Positions 53,662 through 63,942 of a DNA stretch of 64,000 bases are shown piece by piece. Origin of the DNA: an uncultured virus (IMG/VR IMGVR_UViG_2568526301_000001) (taxonomy: Duplodnaviria > Heunggongvirae > Uroviricota > Caudoviricetes). A program made the translations under genes and the position numbers. The stretch lies in IMG/VR virus record IMGVR_UViG_2568526301_000001; one strand, 5' to 3'. The notes beneath the pieces were generated by a model. That model saw only the letters and a list, made by a program, of their open reading frames with translations. It ran no database searches and was not told the DNA's origin. Positions within the stretch are counted from its first letter, which is position 1, and the number at the start of each line of letters is the position of its first letter.

Positions 53662-54471
53662 TCAACCTATCTTCTTATGAAGTAAAATTAATTTCTGTAT
53701 TAATTTGGAATGAAACATAGATATATCAGAAATTCTTATTTCATTAGGCGAGTCTATATGATTGGAAACTTCTTCCTCCAAGGAGTCACAAATACTTTCT
53801 AGATTTTCAATATCTGCATTTAATTCTGGAAAACTATTAAACAAATATAATGAATCCCGTAACTCTCCTAGTTTTGGTAAAAGAGTATTACTGAATACAC
53901 TAAGAAACTCCTCTTCTGATAATGCCATGGAGTTTTTAAAACTTTGCACAACATCGAATGCCAACCCATTAATTTTAGGCATAATTACTTCTCTTACCCA
54001 ATATCCTTCATTAATAGCTTCTTTACGTTCTTTTCTATGTTGAACATAAGGAATAACAAAGGATGAAACTAAGGCAAATAAAGAGATGCCAATAGAAATC
54101 CACTCTGGACCATTTTCCGGAACCTTTACAATATTATATATATCATGGGAATTTGGAACATCTTTGAAATAATTAGCAAATAAATCTTTTTTGTTATCCC
54201 TTGCCAGAGATAACTTATGAAAGGTGTCGTTTGCCTTTTCACAAAACATCAAGCCATCATTCGGGTTTCCGGATAACAAAAACGGTGATGATATACCACT
54301 AAGTCCTGAATCGGAAATATAAAAAGGCGTGTTTGGATAAAGTGACTCATTACATTCAATGTTTTCTTTATTGGAAAAATCTGTCACAGAGCAAGCTGCG
54401 GGGAATATAAAAAAAATGACAGACAGCGCTGTCATTTTGATTTGAAAAATATTTTTAAAAGAAGGGAACAT
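53662..54471 (-). CDS. Hypothetical membrane protein (hotspot gene 3)
   Basis: Hydrophobic N-terminus (ALSVIFFIFPAAC), central TM (WISIGISLFALVSSFVIPYV), helical C-terminus; AT-rich. Confidence 0.75.
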   Translation of the reverse strand: MFPSFKNIFQIKMTALSVIFFIFPAACSVTDFSNKENIECNESLYPNTPFYISDSGLSGISSPFLLSGNPNDGLMFCEKANDTFHKLSLARDNKKDLFANYFKDVPNSHDIYNIVKVPENGPEWISIGISLFALVSSFVIPYVQHRKERKEAINEGYWVREVIMPKINGLAFDVVQSFKNSMALSEEEFLSVFSNTLLPKLGELRDSLYLFNSFPELNADIENLESICDSLEEEVSNHIDSPNEIRISDISMFHSKLIQKLILLHKKIG

Positions 54472-54799
54472 TTTTATGTAAGCCTCTCCTTACAGCTCTA
54501 TCTAATTCAGAAAGCATACCTTCTTTATATTCACGACCATCAAGTACAGTGCGACTATAAAATTCGCTAGGCGAAGAAAATTTCGGCAAAACCGTTTCAA
54601 GCATACCTAGAAAGTATGAGCTTGATACAACAATTCCCTTGGGGATCAATAGATATAATCTATCATTACTGGTTGTGCAAAATTTCCCTATATTAAAGTA
54701 ATCATAGGCCTGGCGCCCATTAGAACGTCCAGCAAAAAGTTTCTTGTTACTATCTTTTACTAACTTATTGAAATCTATGGTGATGTCAGCCATTTTCAT
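54455..54799 (-). CDS. STAS-like (DUF4325-like) protein (hotspot gene 2)
   Basis: 114 aa; FAGRSNG and IVVSSSYFLGML patterns. Confidence 0.65.
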   Translation of the reverse strand: MKMADITIDFNKLVKDSNKKLFAGRSNGRQAYDYFNIGKFCTTSNDRLYLLIPKGIVVSSSYFLGMLETVLPKFSSPSEFYSRTVLDGREYKEGMLSELDRAVRRGLHKNVPFF

Positions 54800-54809
54800 G
54801 TACCTGTCC

Positions 54810-56189
54810 TCAAGTTCGCTGGGTGGCGTTTTCTGGTAGAGGAAAACGAATATTGATCATAACTCCAGGAAATCGAGCATCCTTCATACGCTTAAGATAG
54901 TTGCGATCCGGTTCAGATTCAAGCCCTACATCATTAAAAGGGTAAGTAAAAATGTCACTTTCCTCGTCATTAACCAACCTTTGCTTTAATTTATATGATC
55001 CATCAAAGTTAATATGAGTACTACCAGATATTAAAGTCATTTTTATCCCACCTTTAATATCTCTTCCCATTTTTTTAAGATTATCATGCATATCTTGAAA
55101 TAACTTCAATAATTCAATTGTTCCGGTGCCAGAACTGTCAGTTTCTTTCTCGTTTTTACAACTCACCCGCCCTTGCAAGGCCGCTACTGTTGTTAATCCT
55201 TCCTTAAACATACCCTTTTTCTTAATATGCTTATTTATGTATGGATTAACTTGTTGACTTAATGAAAAATGATCCTCAGGTAAATTATCAAAAGTTTCGC
55301 TGATAGTTTTCCCAAAATTGAAAACAGCCAACTCACATATGGGGTTTCGTACGTTATTATTAACAAAACCTCTCAAATACCAGCGTGGGCGTTGCTCTAA
55401 CCCACAATGCCGCTCCGCATTATCAAGGAGTTCCCCCATGCAGGAAGTTAAATGCTTTTCTGCCTCATGTACAAGTTTTAAATTATGATCATTTAAGCAT
55501 TCGTTTATGTATGCGGTAAATTTTTCAGCAGTGACATTTTTTCTGTCATGGGCAAAGGCAGAAGCATTCTCCTTTCCGATACTATCAGCAGAGAAGATTC
55601 GTTTCTTCGGATTCGCTTTTTTCGATGCTTCAGTAGAGTCCAGAACTTTACCTGGTGCAGCATTACTAATCTCTTTTACAAGCCCGACATCCCTGATAAT
55701 TTCAAGATACTGTTCATCTTTAGGGTAGATACCATTAATCTGAATCATCGTATCTTTGAAATTTATATTACTTTGCCTTGCTGCTGTAAGAGCAACACCT
55801 AATAGACACTCAAGACCAAGACAGTGTTTTTTGTTTTTCTTGTAATCAAAAATATATGATTTCCATTTACCTCTTGCAATTAATTTTGTGGCTGCACTAA
55901 TAAATAGCAGAGATTTCTCTGGATTGTCATATAAGTCAAAATATTTAGGTATTAATATCTTCTCTGCGTCACGACGAAGAATTGATGAGTCATACTCTTT
56001 TATAATCGATATATTTTCAATGAACGTAGCGACTTGGTTTTGGACAGGAGTTGTTTCATCGGAAAAACGAAGACTACCATTTTTCTCTTGCGCAGGCTTT
56101 TTTTTCTTAGCTCTCTCAACGCTACGAAGAAATCGCAACCATCCACGTAAAAAGGTTCTTTTAGAATCTTCTTTATTGATTTTTTTCAT
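54810..56189 (-). CDS. GHKL/HATPase-fold protein, kinase-like (hotspot gene 1)
   Basis: ELLDNAERH (N box), FNFGKTI (G1-like), SSGTGT (G2-like), PGVMINIRFP (G3-like); 459 aa from ATG 56189. Confidence 0.75.
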   Translation of the reverse strand: MKKINKEDSKRTFLRGWLRFLRSVERAKKKKPAQEKNGSLRFSDETTPVQNQVATFIENISIIKEYDSSILRRDAEKILIPKYFDLYDNPEKSLLFISAATKLIARGKWKSYIFDYKKNKKHCLGLECLLGVALTAARQSNINFKDTMIQINGIYPKDEQYLEIIRDVGLVKEISNAAPGKVLDSTEASKKANPKKRIFSADSIGKENASAFAHDRKNVTAEKFTAYINECLNDHNLKLVHEAEKHLTSCMGELLDNAERHCGLEQRPRWYLRGFVNNNVRNPICELAVFNFGKTISETFDNLPEDHFSLSQQVNPYINKHIKKKGMFKEGLTTVAALQGRVSCKNEKETDSSGTGTIELLKLFQDMHDNLKKMGRDIKGGIKMTLISGSTHINFDGSYKLKQRLVNDEESDIFTYPFNDVGLESEPDRNYLKRMKDARFPGVMINIRFPLPENATQRT

Positions 56190-56391
56190 TTCCAAATGTT
56201 CCTGCAAAGTTAACGTAGCCCACAAGGCGCTAAGTATACTTTCTGCTATATTTTTTTCACTATACAAATGCACAATAGTGCACAAATTTGCACAATTTTT
56301 TTGAACGACTTTTTGCCCTTCCAGCCCGCGTGGCGGCTGGATCCGTCAAGGATCCGTGCGTGCACAAAAAAACGCGCTTTTTCTGCGCGCA

Positions 56392-56410
56392 GGTGACGGG
56401 GGAACAGCCC
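56392..56410 (+). other. Candidate cos site
   Basis: 19-mer GGTGACGGGGGAACAGCCC resembling P2 cos, between hotspot and Q; TGCACAA repeats upstream. Confidence 0.55.
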
Positions 56411-56719
56411 GCGTTTCAGGGGGTAAATAGCATTCCCTGAGCGATGTCGCAGCGACACAACAGAATGGCTGTATTTCTCACGCTGAGCGTGAAAAAGACG
56501 TAAGGGTTTTTGATTTGATGGGTTGAAAGGTAAGGCCGTCAAAATCGCACTGAGGCGGCGAGAACATACAGTCAACGCGGTGGGATTGCGTAAGAGTCTG
56601 ACCGTCGATGGTGGCGATAAACTGGAAGGCGTCGTGAAATTATCTGATTGATACAGGAGCTGGAGAGTCGGGGCATAAATTTTTTATGCCCCGGCGAAGC
56701 AGCAGACAAGCGAAGCGCG

Positions 56720-57766
56720 TCAGGCTGTGGGCTGGGTGTCTAACAGTGCGTAAGGGTTAAAGCGGATCACCTCTTCGCCCAGCCAGTCATTGATGTGCTT
56801 CATGGCCTCCATGACGGGCATCAGCTCGTTAATTGCGTAAACCCGCGCGGCCTTCTCCACATCACCAAACGCACTTTTTTCACCCGGCATCGCCCCCATC
56901 AGTTGCGGCGGAACGCGGTGCGCAGCCAGCACATCATCACGGGATGCCGCCTTAACATTCATGAACTCATCCTTTGCGGTGATCTGCTGGAACGGCAAAA
57001 TTTGCACCCCCTCTTTGCCCCCGTTGGGCGCATGAATGAGCACGTTTTTAAACGCACCACCACCACGTGCCCCCTGTAGCGTTTCTTTCAGGGAGTCCAT
57101 GCTTTCGCGGTTTACCTGCGCTGCACCGATGTAGATGATGCACCCGGCGTGGGATCCGTTGTCGTAATACAGTTTTCTGAACATGTCCGCCGAATGAGAC
57201 AGGCTGGCCGAGAGTAATGCGCCGAGATATTCCGGCATGCCGTAGATTTCCTGGTTAATGTCAGGATTCATCAGGTGGCACACTTTGCCAGGGCGAAACT
57301 GAAACGCATCCTTGCCATCCTGCACATACCACCATGATTCAAGATCGCTTCCGCGTCGCATGTATTTCGCCAGTGCGTGCCGTAATTTAAGCGGTTCGCC
57401 GAGCATATTGCTTCGAAGCTCAAGGAATGCGTTACCGAACACAAACCAGTCCAGCGCCAGCGCCGAGAAATCCTGCCGGGAAAGCAGCGGGTGCGGGATG
57501 TAGCAGCCGAGTAATACATTGCGCTTAAAGTAAAGCGCAGACTGATGCCAGGACGTTTGCCGGGCAGCTCTTGCCAGACCGTACCAGTCTACCGGGGTTT
57601 CATACCACCGCCCGTTATCAGCACAGTACATATTGTCCAGCAAATCATGCCCGGTCAGGCGATAAGGACCATCAAATGTGAATGCACTGAGCGACGATTC
57701 TTTCCTGAGCGCATCAGCGAGATCAATGCGTGAACTCATGCGCACTTTTTTATTTTTTCTGCTCAT
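56720..57766 (-). CDS. Q: Portal protein gpQ
   Basis: QEIYGMPEY, YYDNGSHAG, AHRVPPQLMG. Confidence 0.95.
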   Translation of the reverse strand: MSRKNKKVRMSSRIDLADALRKESSLSAFTFDGPYRLTGHDLLDNMYCADNGRWYETPVDWYGLARAARQTSWHQSALYFKRNVLLGCYIPHPLLSRQDFSALALDWFVFGNAFLELRSNMLGEPLKLRHALAKYMRRGSDLESWWYVQDGKDAFQFRPGKVCHLMNPDINQEIYGMPEYLGALLSASLSHSADMFRKLYYDNGSHAGCIIYIGAAQVNRESMDSLKETLQGARGGGAFKNVLIHAPNGGKEGVQILPFQQITAKDEFMNVKAASRDDVLAAHRVPPQLMGAMPGEKSAFGDVEKAARVYAINELMPVMEAMKHINDWLGEEVIRFNPYALLDTQPTA

Positions 57767-59517
57767 CAGAACTCCATAACCGTGAAACGCTCGTTTTCTC
57801 CTTCGCCGCCAATCGGTTCGTTAATGACAGCAAGCATGGTTGCCCACGCAAGGTCGCCGTGGCTGATCCCCCTCGCGCGGTCCGTTTCGTATGTGATAAA
57901 GCCGCCCGGTGTTTTCACCTTACGCACGGCGTTAAAGGCCGCGACCAGCTCACGTTCGGCGCGATCGTATTCCCACCGCCCGGCACGCATTATTTGCAAC
58001 ATTTTCAGTACCAGCGACCGTTTTGATGACAGCGTGAAGGTGTACGGAATAGCAGCAGGGAAAAACCGTTTCACTATCTGATAAACAGCCTCCCCGTTCC
58101 CGCCTGTCACATCAATGCCGATGTGTTCCACGTTGTAGCGACACGTGAACTCTTCAATGACTCTGGCCTGTTCTTCAAACTCCAGCCCCTGAACGCGTCG
58201 CGTCTCCACCGTTCGAAAACGGCCTCCAGGAACAGCCGGAGGAACCACCACGGACACAGCGCCGCTGTCGCCGTTTCCACTGCTGCCGTTTGCGTCATAC
58301 CCAATCCATACCGGACGATTCCCCATCGGGCGGGGAGCAAAAGGTTTCCAGTCTTTCCAGTCGTCGTATCCGTCAACACCGCAGCCAATCAGGATATTCA
58401 GGTTAAATGCCGATTCCCCTTCGCGGACAAACTCACACATATAGAGATTGCGGAACTCGTCTTCGGTGTTTTCATCACGAATTTCGTCAATATCGGTGTG
58501 TTTCCAGCCGTGATTAACCACATCTTCCAGCGTGACAATTTGCCGCCACGTCCGGTCAGGGCAGATAAGCCCGTTATGCAGCGTTTTCCAGTCCACAGAA
58601 AAACGCTGGCGTTTATGCGTGGCCTTTTTCTCGTTCCAGCGGTCGCCGTTCCAGTAGGCGTATGCCTCGTGCGTTTCGGTGGATGGCGTGGAGAAGTAGG
58701 TGCGCCGCAGTCCGCTGAGGGTTGCCATAGCGCCAGCCACCTTGCGCAGTTCAGCAAAGCGACTGACCCAGAAAAATTCATCAAAATAAAAATTGCCCGT
58801 GTAGGACTGTGCCGTCGCAGCAGAAGTACCAAGAAAATGCAGCTCTGCGCCGTTGGAGAGGATGATTTTATCGCCCCCTTTCAGCTCCACATCAACTTCA
58901 GATGCAGCCTTCTGAATAATGCTTTTAAACTGGAACGCCTGACGACGCGACGCAGACAAAAAAATCTGGTTACGCTGGTAAGGTTGCGCCACATCGTCAC
59001 GCAGCGCCATCAGCAGTGCTTCCTGTGCAAAATACCAGGTCGCTCCAATCTGTCGGGATTTCAGGATCATCCTGTTACGTATCCCGGCTTCCCTGCAAAG
59101 GGTCAGGGAGTCAAACCAGCCCCGCTGATGCCACTCCAGCCTGCTGATGATTTTTTCCCGCAGTGCGGCAATCTGTTCCTGCGTGAAATGATTTTTGAGT
59201 TTTTTCGCCCGGCTTTTCTTTCCTGTGGCCGTCGCATCCGGCTGGCCATCATGCAGTTTTTTAAGCTGCCGGGTCAGCAGGTCTATTTCCTTAAAGTCAC
59301 CGCCTGTTTTATTCTTTTTTTCAGTAAGCTGGATGAGGCGCGCATCGATGGACTGCGTGACACGCTGCACGGGTGGTGTTTCATCCCACTGGTCGCGTTT
59401 TTTCCACGCATAAATCGTGTTCGGGTTTATTCCCATCAGACGTGATATTTCTGCGGGCGGATAACCCTGCCAGTAAAGTTGCCGCGCACGCTGGCGCACA
59501 AAAGCGTCCTGAATCAT
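57766..59517 (-). CDS. P: Terminase ATPase subunit gpP
   Basis: LKSRQIGATW, YFDEFFW, HGDLAWA. Confidence 0.95.
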   Translation of the reverse strand: MIQDAFVRQRARQLYWQGYPPAEISRLMGINPNTIYAWKKRDQWDETPPVQRVTQSIDARLIQLTEKKNKTGGDFKEIDLLTRQLKKLHDGQPDATATGKKSRAKKLKNHFTQEQIAALREKIISRLEWHQRGWFDSLTLCREAGIRNRMILKSRQIGATWYFAQEALLMALRDDVAQPYQRNQIFLSASRRQAFQFKSIIQKAASEVDVELKGGDKIILSNGAELHFLGTSAATAQSYTGNFYFDEFFWVSRFAELRKVAGAMATLSGLRRTYFSTPSTETHEAYAYWNGDRWNEKKATHKRQRFSVDWKTLHNGLICPDRTWRQIVTLEDVVNHGWKHTDIDEIRDENTEDEFRNLYMCEFVREGESAFNLNILIGCGVDGYDDWKDWKPFAPRPMGNRPVWIGYDANGSSGNGDSGAVSVVVPPAVPGGRFRTVETRRVQGLEFEEQARVIEEFTCRYNVEHIGIDVTGGNGEAVYQIVKRFFPAAIPYTFTLSSKRSLVLKMLQIMRAGRWEYDRAERELVAAFNAVRKVKTPGGFITYETDRARGISHGDLAWATMLAVINEPIGGEGENERFTVMEF

Positions 59518-59671
59518 TGCTCCCCCTGAGTAATTACAGGAAGATTACCCGCGCGCGAAACCGTTCTCCTTAACCCCCTGTTCTGGCCGTTTTCTTACAA
59601 CAAAAGCCCTTTGTATCAGCCTGTTACGCTTTGCCATCATGACTGAAGAACCAGTCAGAGGGGCGAAAACT

Positions 59672-60508
59672 ATGACTAATGAAAAAAAGACATCCCGCAA
59701 AAAGTTTCGCGTGGCTGTCTCCGGTGTGACGGCAGACGGGCGCGAAATCAACGGCGACATGCTGAAAGCTGCCGCCACCAGTTATAACCCGTCCGTTTAT
59801 GGTGCACGTGTAAATATTGAGCACATCCTGTCACCACTCCCCGGTAGCGAGTTTTCCGCTATGGGCGATGTTGTGGGGTTGAGCACCGAAGACATAACCG
59901 ATGGCCCGCTGGCAGGCCGCACGGCACTGTATGCCGAAATTGAGCCGACCGCTCGCATGATGTCCCTGCTTAACGATGGTAAAAAAATTTACTCCAGTAT
60001 TGAGCTGGAACCACAGTCAACCATCACGGGAGGCCCTTACCTGCGCGGGCTGGCAATGACCGACACCCCCGCCAGCCTGGGCACGGAACGTCTGGCCTTT
60101 GCGGCACAACAACGTATGCAACTGATGACATTCAACTGTCAGCAGGGAGACGTGGCGATGTTCACCGCCGCTATGGAGTCAGAACTTATCGAACTCACCG
60201 AACAACGTCAGGAAGAAGGCACCCAGTGGTTTAACCGCGTTATGGGGATTATTGGCCGTGGCCGCAAAGCGGATGACGCCAGTTTCTCCCGTATTCAGGA
60301 AGCGGTGGAAGGTGTCGCAACGTCACAGGCCGACATTATCGACCGTTTTAATGCACTGGAAACCCGCCATCAGCAGGACAGCCAGAAAATCACTTCGCTG
60401 ACCACAGAGCTGACAACACTGAAGGAAAAGCTGCGCACGCAGGACGGCGATCCGCAGAACCGGTTCACCGCAACGGGCGCAGCCTCCGACCAGCTGGCTG
60501 ACTTCTGA
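59672..60508 (+). CDS. O: Capsid scaffolding protein gpO
   Basis: DGREI, YGARVNIEH, TDTPASLGT. Confidence 0.93.
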   Translation: MTNEKKTSRKKFRVAVSGVTADGREINGDMLKAAATSYNPSVYGARVNIEHILSPLPGSEFSAMGDVVGLSTEDITDGPLAGRTALYAEIEPTARMMSLLNDGKKIYSSIELEPQSTITGGPYLRGLAMTDTPASLGTERLAFAAQQRMQLMTFNCQQGDVAMFTAAMESELIELTEQRQEEGTQWFNRVMGIIGRGRKADDASFSRIQEAVEGVATSQADIIDRFNALETRHQQDSQKITSLTTELTTLKEKLRTQDGDPQNRFTATGAASDQLADF

Positions 60509-60531
60509 TAAGACAAAGGAGCAAATTTTTT

Positions 60532-61584
60532 ATGAATCTGGTGATGTCAGATAATGCCCGTAACAAGCTGGGCTGCTACATGACGCGACAGGCGTCGATT
60601 AACAATATCCCGGTTTCTGGACTGGTATCGCGATTTACCGTGGAACCCTCGGTGCAGCAGCGTTTTGAAAACGCCTCAAAGGATAGCACCGAACTTACAA
60701 AAAAAATTAACGTGATCGGTGTGACCGACCAGAAAGGCGAAAAAGTCCTCCTGGACACCACCGGGCCGATTGCGCGCACAAATACCAGTTATGACGGCAC
60801 AGATCGCCGCAACCCGATTAACGCTGTCGACCTGAAGTCCCGTCAGTACCAGTGTGAGCAGGTGAACTACGACACGTTTATTTCGTATCCGCAGCTTGAT
60901 GCCTGGGCGGCGCACAATGACTTCCAGACCCGCATCAGCGCACAGATTGCCCGACAGGTGGCGCTTGACCGCATCATGATCGGCTTTAACGGCACGTCAC
61001 ACGCGGAAAAATCCAACTTCAGCACCAACAAGCTGCTTCAGGACGTTAACGTGGGGTGGCTGGAGCACATCAGAACCAATGCCAGCGCGCGCGTAATGAA
61101 TGACGTGACGCTGACCTCCCGCAACATGGACAACACCGTGGCGCACGCGGGTAAGTATGCGAATGCTGATGCACTGGTTCAGGACGCACGCTCATCCCTG
61201 CTGGATGAATGGCACAAGGAAGCTGACGACCTCGTGGTGATTATGGGGCGCAACCTGTTTAACTCGCTGCGTCTGCCCGTGCTGAACAGCATCAGCGGCC
61301 AGAATCCCAATGCGGAATTACTCGCCGGGCAGCTCATCCTGTCATCGCGCACCATTGGCGGGCTGGGTGTGTTCCTTGCGCCGTTCTTCCCGGATGCAAC
61401 GATGCTGATCACCTCGTTCAACAACCTGTCGATTTACTGGCAGAAAGGTTCAATGCGTCGTCTGATGAAAGACGAACCGGAATACAACCGCATCGCCACC
61501 TACCAGTCCATCAATGACGCTTATGTCGTTGAAGACTATGGCAAGTGCGCGATGGTCACTGGCCTGAAGTTCGCCGACAGCTAA
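60532..61584 (+). CDS. N: Major capsid protein gpN
   Basis: LDRIMIGFNG, LLQDVNVGWL, YVVEDY. Confidence 0.95.
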   Translation: MNLVMSDNARNKLGCYMTRQASINNIPVSGLVSRFTVEPSVQQRFENASKDSTELTKKINVIGVTDQKGEKVLLDTTGPIARTNTSYDGTDRRNPINAVDLKSRQYQCEQVNYDTFISYPQLDAWAAHNDFQTRISAQIARQVALDRIMIGFNGTSHAEKSNFSTNKLLQDVNVGWLEHIRTNASARVMNDVTLTSRNMDNTVAHAGKYANADALVQDARSSLLDEWHKEADDLVVIMGRNLFNSLRLPVLNSISGQNPNAELLAGQLILSSRTIGGLGVFLAPFFPDATMLITSFNNLSIYWQKGSMRRLMKDEPEYNRIATYQSINDAYVVEDYGKCAMVTGLKFADS

Positions 61585-61629
61585 TCAACTCACGGCGGGC
61601 ATCATGCCCGCCAGTAACGGAGAGAACAA

Positions 61630-62430
61630 ATGATTACTCCTGCACAGCAACACTGGCAGAACGTGATGGCACAGCGCGCAGGCCGGGCGAATGAAGGCGT
61701 GGACCACGCCGCGCGTACCGCGCATGAAGAGGTGCTGTATCGTCTGCGTCTGGCACAGGCCCGGCTTAAGGGCGTACAGGCCAGAAGCGCGAAAGCCGCC
61801 ATCAAAAAAGAGTTGTTGCCGGATTTTTCCGGCTGGATTGAGGGAACGCTGGAGGCTGACGGCGGGCAGCAGGATGAAGTGATTGCCACGCTGATGGTGT
61901 GGGCGATTGACTGCGGCGATCTTCCGCTGGCGTTGCGTATTGGTGCGTATGTGGTCCGTCATAACCTCATTATGCCGGATAACTTTGGCCGTACTGCTGC
62001 CACAGTGCTGACCGAAGAAATCTGCAACCCGGTACTGACGCAGGCCGGGGCGGATGCCGACGCGGATTTGTCCGCCTTTATCGAACCACTGGACACCCTC
62101 CGGAAGATTGTCACCGACCAGGACATGCCGGATGAAGTACGCGCCAAATTATGCAAGGCGTGCGCCTTTGCCCGTCGTGGTCTGACCGATGCAGACAACA
62201 TGGCCTTATCACTGAAGCTGCTGCGCGAAGCGATGCACCTGAACCCGAACGCAGGTGTGAAACGCGAGATTGCAACCCTTTCCCGCGCCCTGAAAAAAGC
62301 CGATTCCGCAGCCGAACCAGAAGACGCCAGCGCACAGCAGGCGCAGGACGAAAGCAGCAAAAGTAAAAAGACAACGCGGAAGCCTGCAACACGAAAAACC
62401 ACCGCGACGCAGAAGGCGAAGCGCGGTTAA
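61630..62430 (+). CDS. M: Terminase endonuclease subunit gpM
   Basis: MVWAIDCG, DMPDEVRAKL, GVKREI. Confidence 0.92.
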   Translation: MITPAQQHWQNVMAQRAGRANEGVDHAARTAHEEVLYRLRLAQARLKGVQARSAKAAIKKELLPDFSGWIEGTLEADGGQQDEVIATLMVWAIDCGDLPLALRIGAYVVRHNLIMPDNFGRTAATVLTEEICNPVLTQAGADADADLSAFIEPLDTLRKIVTDQDMPDEVRAKLCKACAFARRGLTDADNMALSLKLLREAMHLNPNAGVKREIATLSRALKKADSAAEPEDASAQQAQDESSKSKKTTRKPATRKTTATQKAKRG

Positions 62431-62523
62431 CGACTGACCCCGTCAGCGGGCGGCGTGCGCGGTGTTCCGGTTTGACTCCGTGACCGTTTACACCGCGCAC
62501 CCACCGCCCGATTTTTTTCAGGA

Positions 62524-63027
62524 GTGAACCCCATGAGTATGGTTGCCAGAACTGAACCCAGACCCGCAGAGGACGACATCACCGATACCGATGATGGCGA
62601 TACCCGCATTTCAGCGGGTGCATTCTGGCCGGATATTGTACTGCGCGAGCTGCGTCTGGCGGTACGACTGCCGGGCCGCGTGACCACCTCCCGCCTGCTG
62701 CATACTGCCACCGGGGCTGTGGCACACGTTACCCGCGAGCTGGAAGCATGGCAGCAGGAACAGCAGGCAGCTGGCCATCAGACGCTGGCCGATGTTCCGG
62801 CACCCGTAATTAACGGAGAAAGCGTCAATCTCTGGCACTGGCGCAATGCTGTTTATACCGCCACGCGCGCCCTGATTCTGGAGCGTTATCGTGATGCAGA
62901 CACAACGGACAAGGGCGACCGCCGGGCGGACGCTCTGGATATACAGACATCGGATTTGTGGCGTGATGTGAGCTGGGCCATCTCTGACATTCTGTGCCGC
63001 CCGCGAATCTTTGCGGAGTTGTGCTGA
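62524..63027 (+). CDS. L: Head completion protein gpL
   Basis: FWPDI, ERYRDADTT, WAISDI; start may be 62533. Confidence 0.9.
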   Translation: MNPMSMVARTEPRPAEDDITDTDDGDTRISAGAFWPDIVLRELRLAVRLPGRVTTSRLLHTATGAVAHVTRELEAWQQEQQAAGHQTLADVPAPVINGESVNLWHWRNAVYTATRALILERYRDADTTDKGDRRADALDIQTSDLWRDVSWAISDILCRPRIFAELC

Positions 63028-63227
63028 TGAAAGTGAAGGCACTGGAAGGCGACACCGTGGATTCGCTCTGTTTCCGGTACTACGGCACGACGCAGGGCGT
63101 CACCGAAAAGGTGCTGGATGCCAACCCCGGACTCTGTCAGCAGGTATTTCTGGACGCCGGGCAGGAAGTTGAGATGCCGGAGCCGGAGAAGAAGAAACGA
63201 GAAATGATTCAGTTGTGGGGGGAGTAG
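63027..63227 (+). CDS. X: Tail protein gpX
   Basis: GDTVDSLCFRYYG, VLDANPGL, IQLW. Confidence 0.9.
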   Translation: MKVKALEGDTVDSLCFRYYGTTQGVTEKVLDANPGLCQQVFLDAGQEVEMPEPEKKKREMIQLWGE

Positions 63228-63229
63228 CA

Positions 63230-63553
63230 GTGAGCACCATTCAAACAGGGATCACAGAGCAGGTTATTGCGTGGCTCTTTGACCACCTGCCAACGGTGTA
63301 TGCAGTAGGCGCGGCGGTCAGCATTTCCGCGCTGATGAGTCTTTATGACGGACGAACACTGGTTCAGACCGTAACGGGATCGCTGGCGTGCGGCGTTCTT
63401 GCCATGGCCGTGGCCGGGTCGTTGCGCTTCTTCGGGTTTCCTGAAGATGCCGTGACGTTTATCGGCGCATCAATCGGTTTTATGGGTGCAGAGAAAGCAC
63501 GCGACAAGGTTATTGCGGCCTTTAATCGCAGGGTGAAGGAGAAGGACGAATGA
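63230..63553 (+). CDS. Holin (lambda S-like, three TM)
   Basis: GTG start after GGAG; three hydrophobic segments, charged C-terminus; precedes endolysin. Confidence 0.8.
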   Translation: MSTIQTGITEQVIAWLFDHLPTVYAVGAAVSISALMSLYDGRTLVQTVTGSLACGVLAMAVAGSLRFFGFPEDAVTFIGASIGFMGAEKARDKVIAAFNRRVKEKDE

Positions 63554-63942
63554 GCAACACATTTAAATTCAGCAGCCGGAGCGAAAAGAATTTGCAGGGC
63601 GTAAATCCTGATCTGGTGAAAGTGACCCGACGGGCACTGGAAATCTCGGAAGTGGATTTTGGTATCACCGAAGGGTTGCGCAGCCGTTACCGCCAGAAGC
63701 AACTGGTGGCCACGGGTAAGAGCCAGACCATGAACAGCCGCCACCTTACGGGGCATGCCGTGGATGTTGTGGCTTATATCGGCAGCCAGGTGTCATGGGA
63801 ATGGCCGCTGTACGAAAAAATCGCAGCAGCATTCAGACTGGCCAGCCGGGAACTGAATATTCCGGTGGAATGGGGCGGCGACTGGAAGACTCTGAAAGAC
63901 GGACCGCATTTTCAGTTACCACACGGAGCCTATCCGGCATGA
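63550..63942 (+). CDS. Endolysin, M15-family peptidase
   Basis: EGLRS, SRHLTGHAVD, WGGDW, DGPHFQL. Confidence 0.9.
   Translation: MSNTFKFSSRSEKNLQGVNPDLVKVTRRALEISEVDFGITEGLRSRYRQKQLVATGKSQTMNSRHLTGHAVDVVAYIGSQVSWEWPLYEKIAAAFRLASRELNIPVEWGGDWKTLKDGPHFQLPHGAYPA

Noticed and set aside
58123..59445. 440-aa ORF antisense to terminase gene P
   Set aside because: No recognisable motifs; fully overlaps a conserved gene on the other strand
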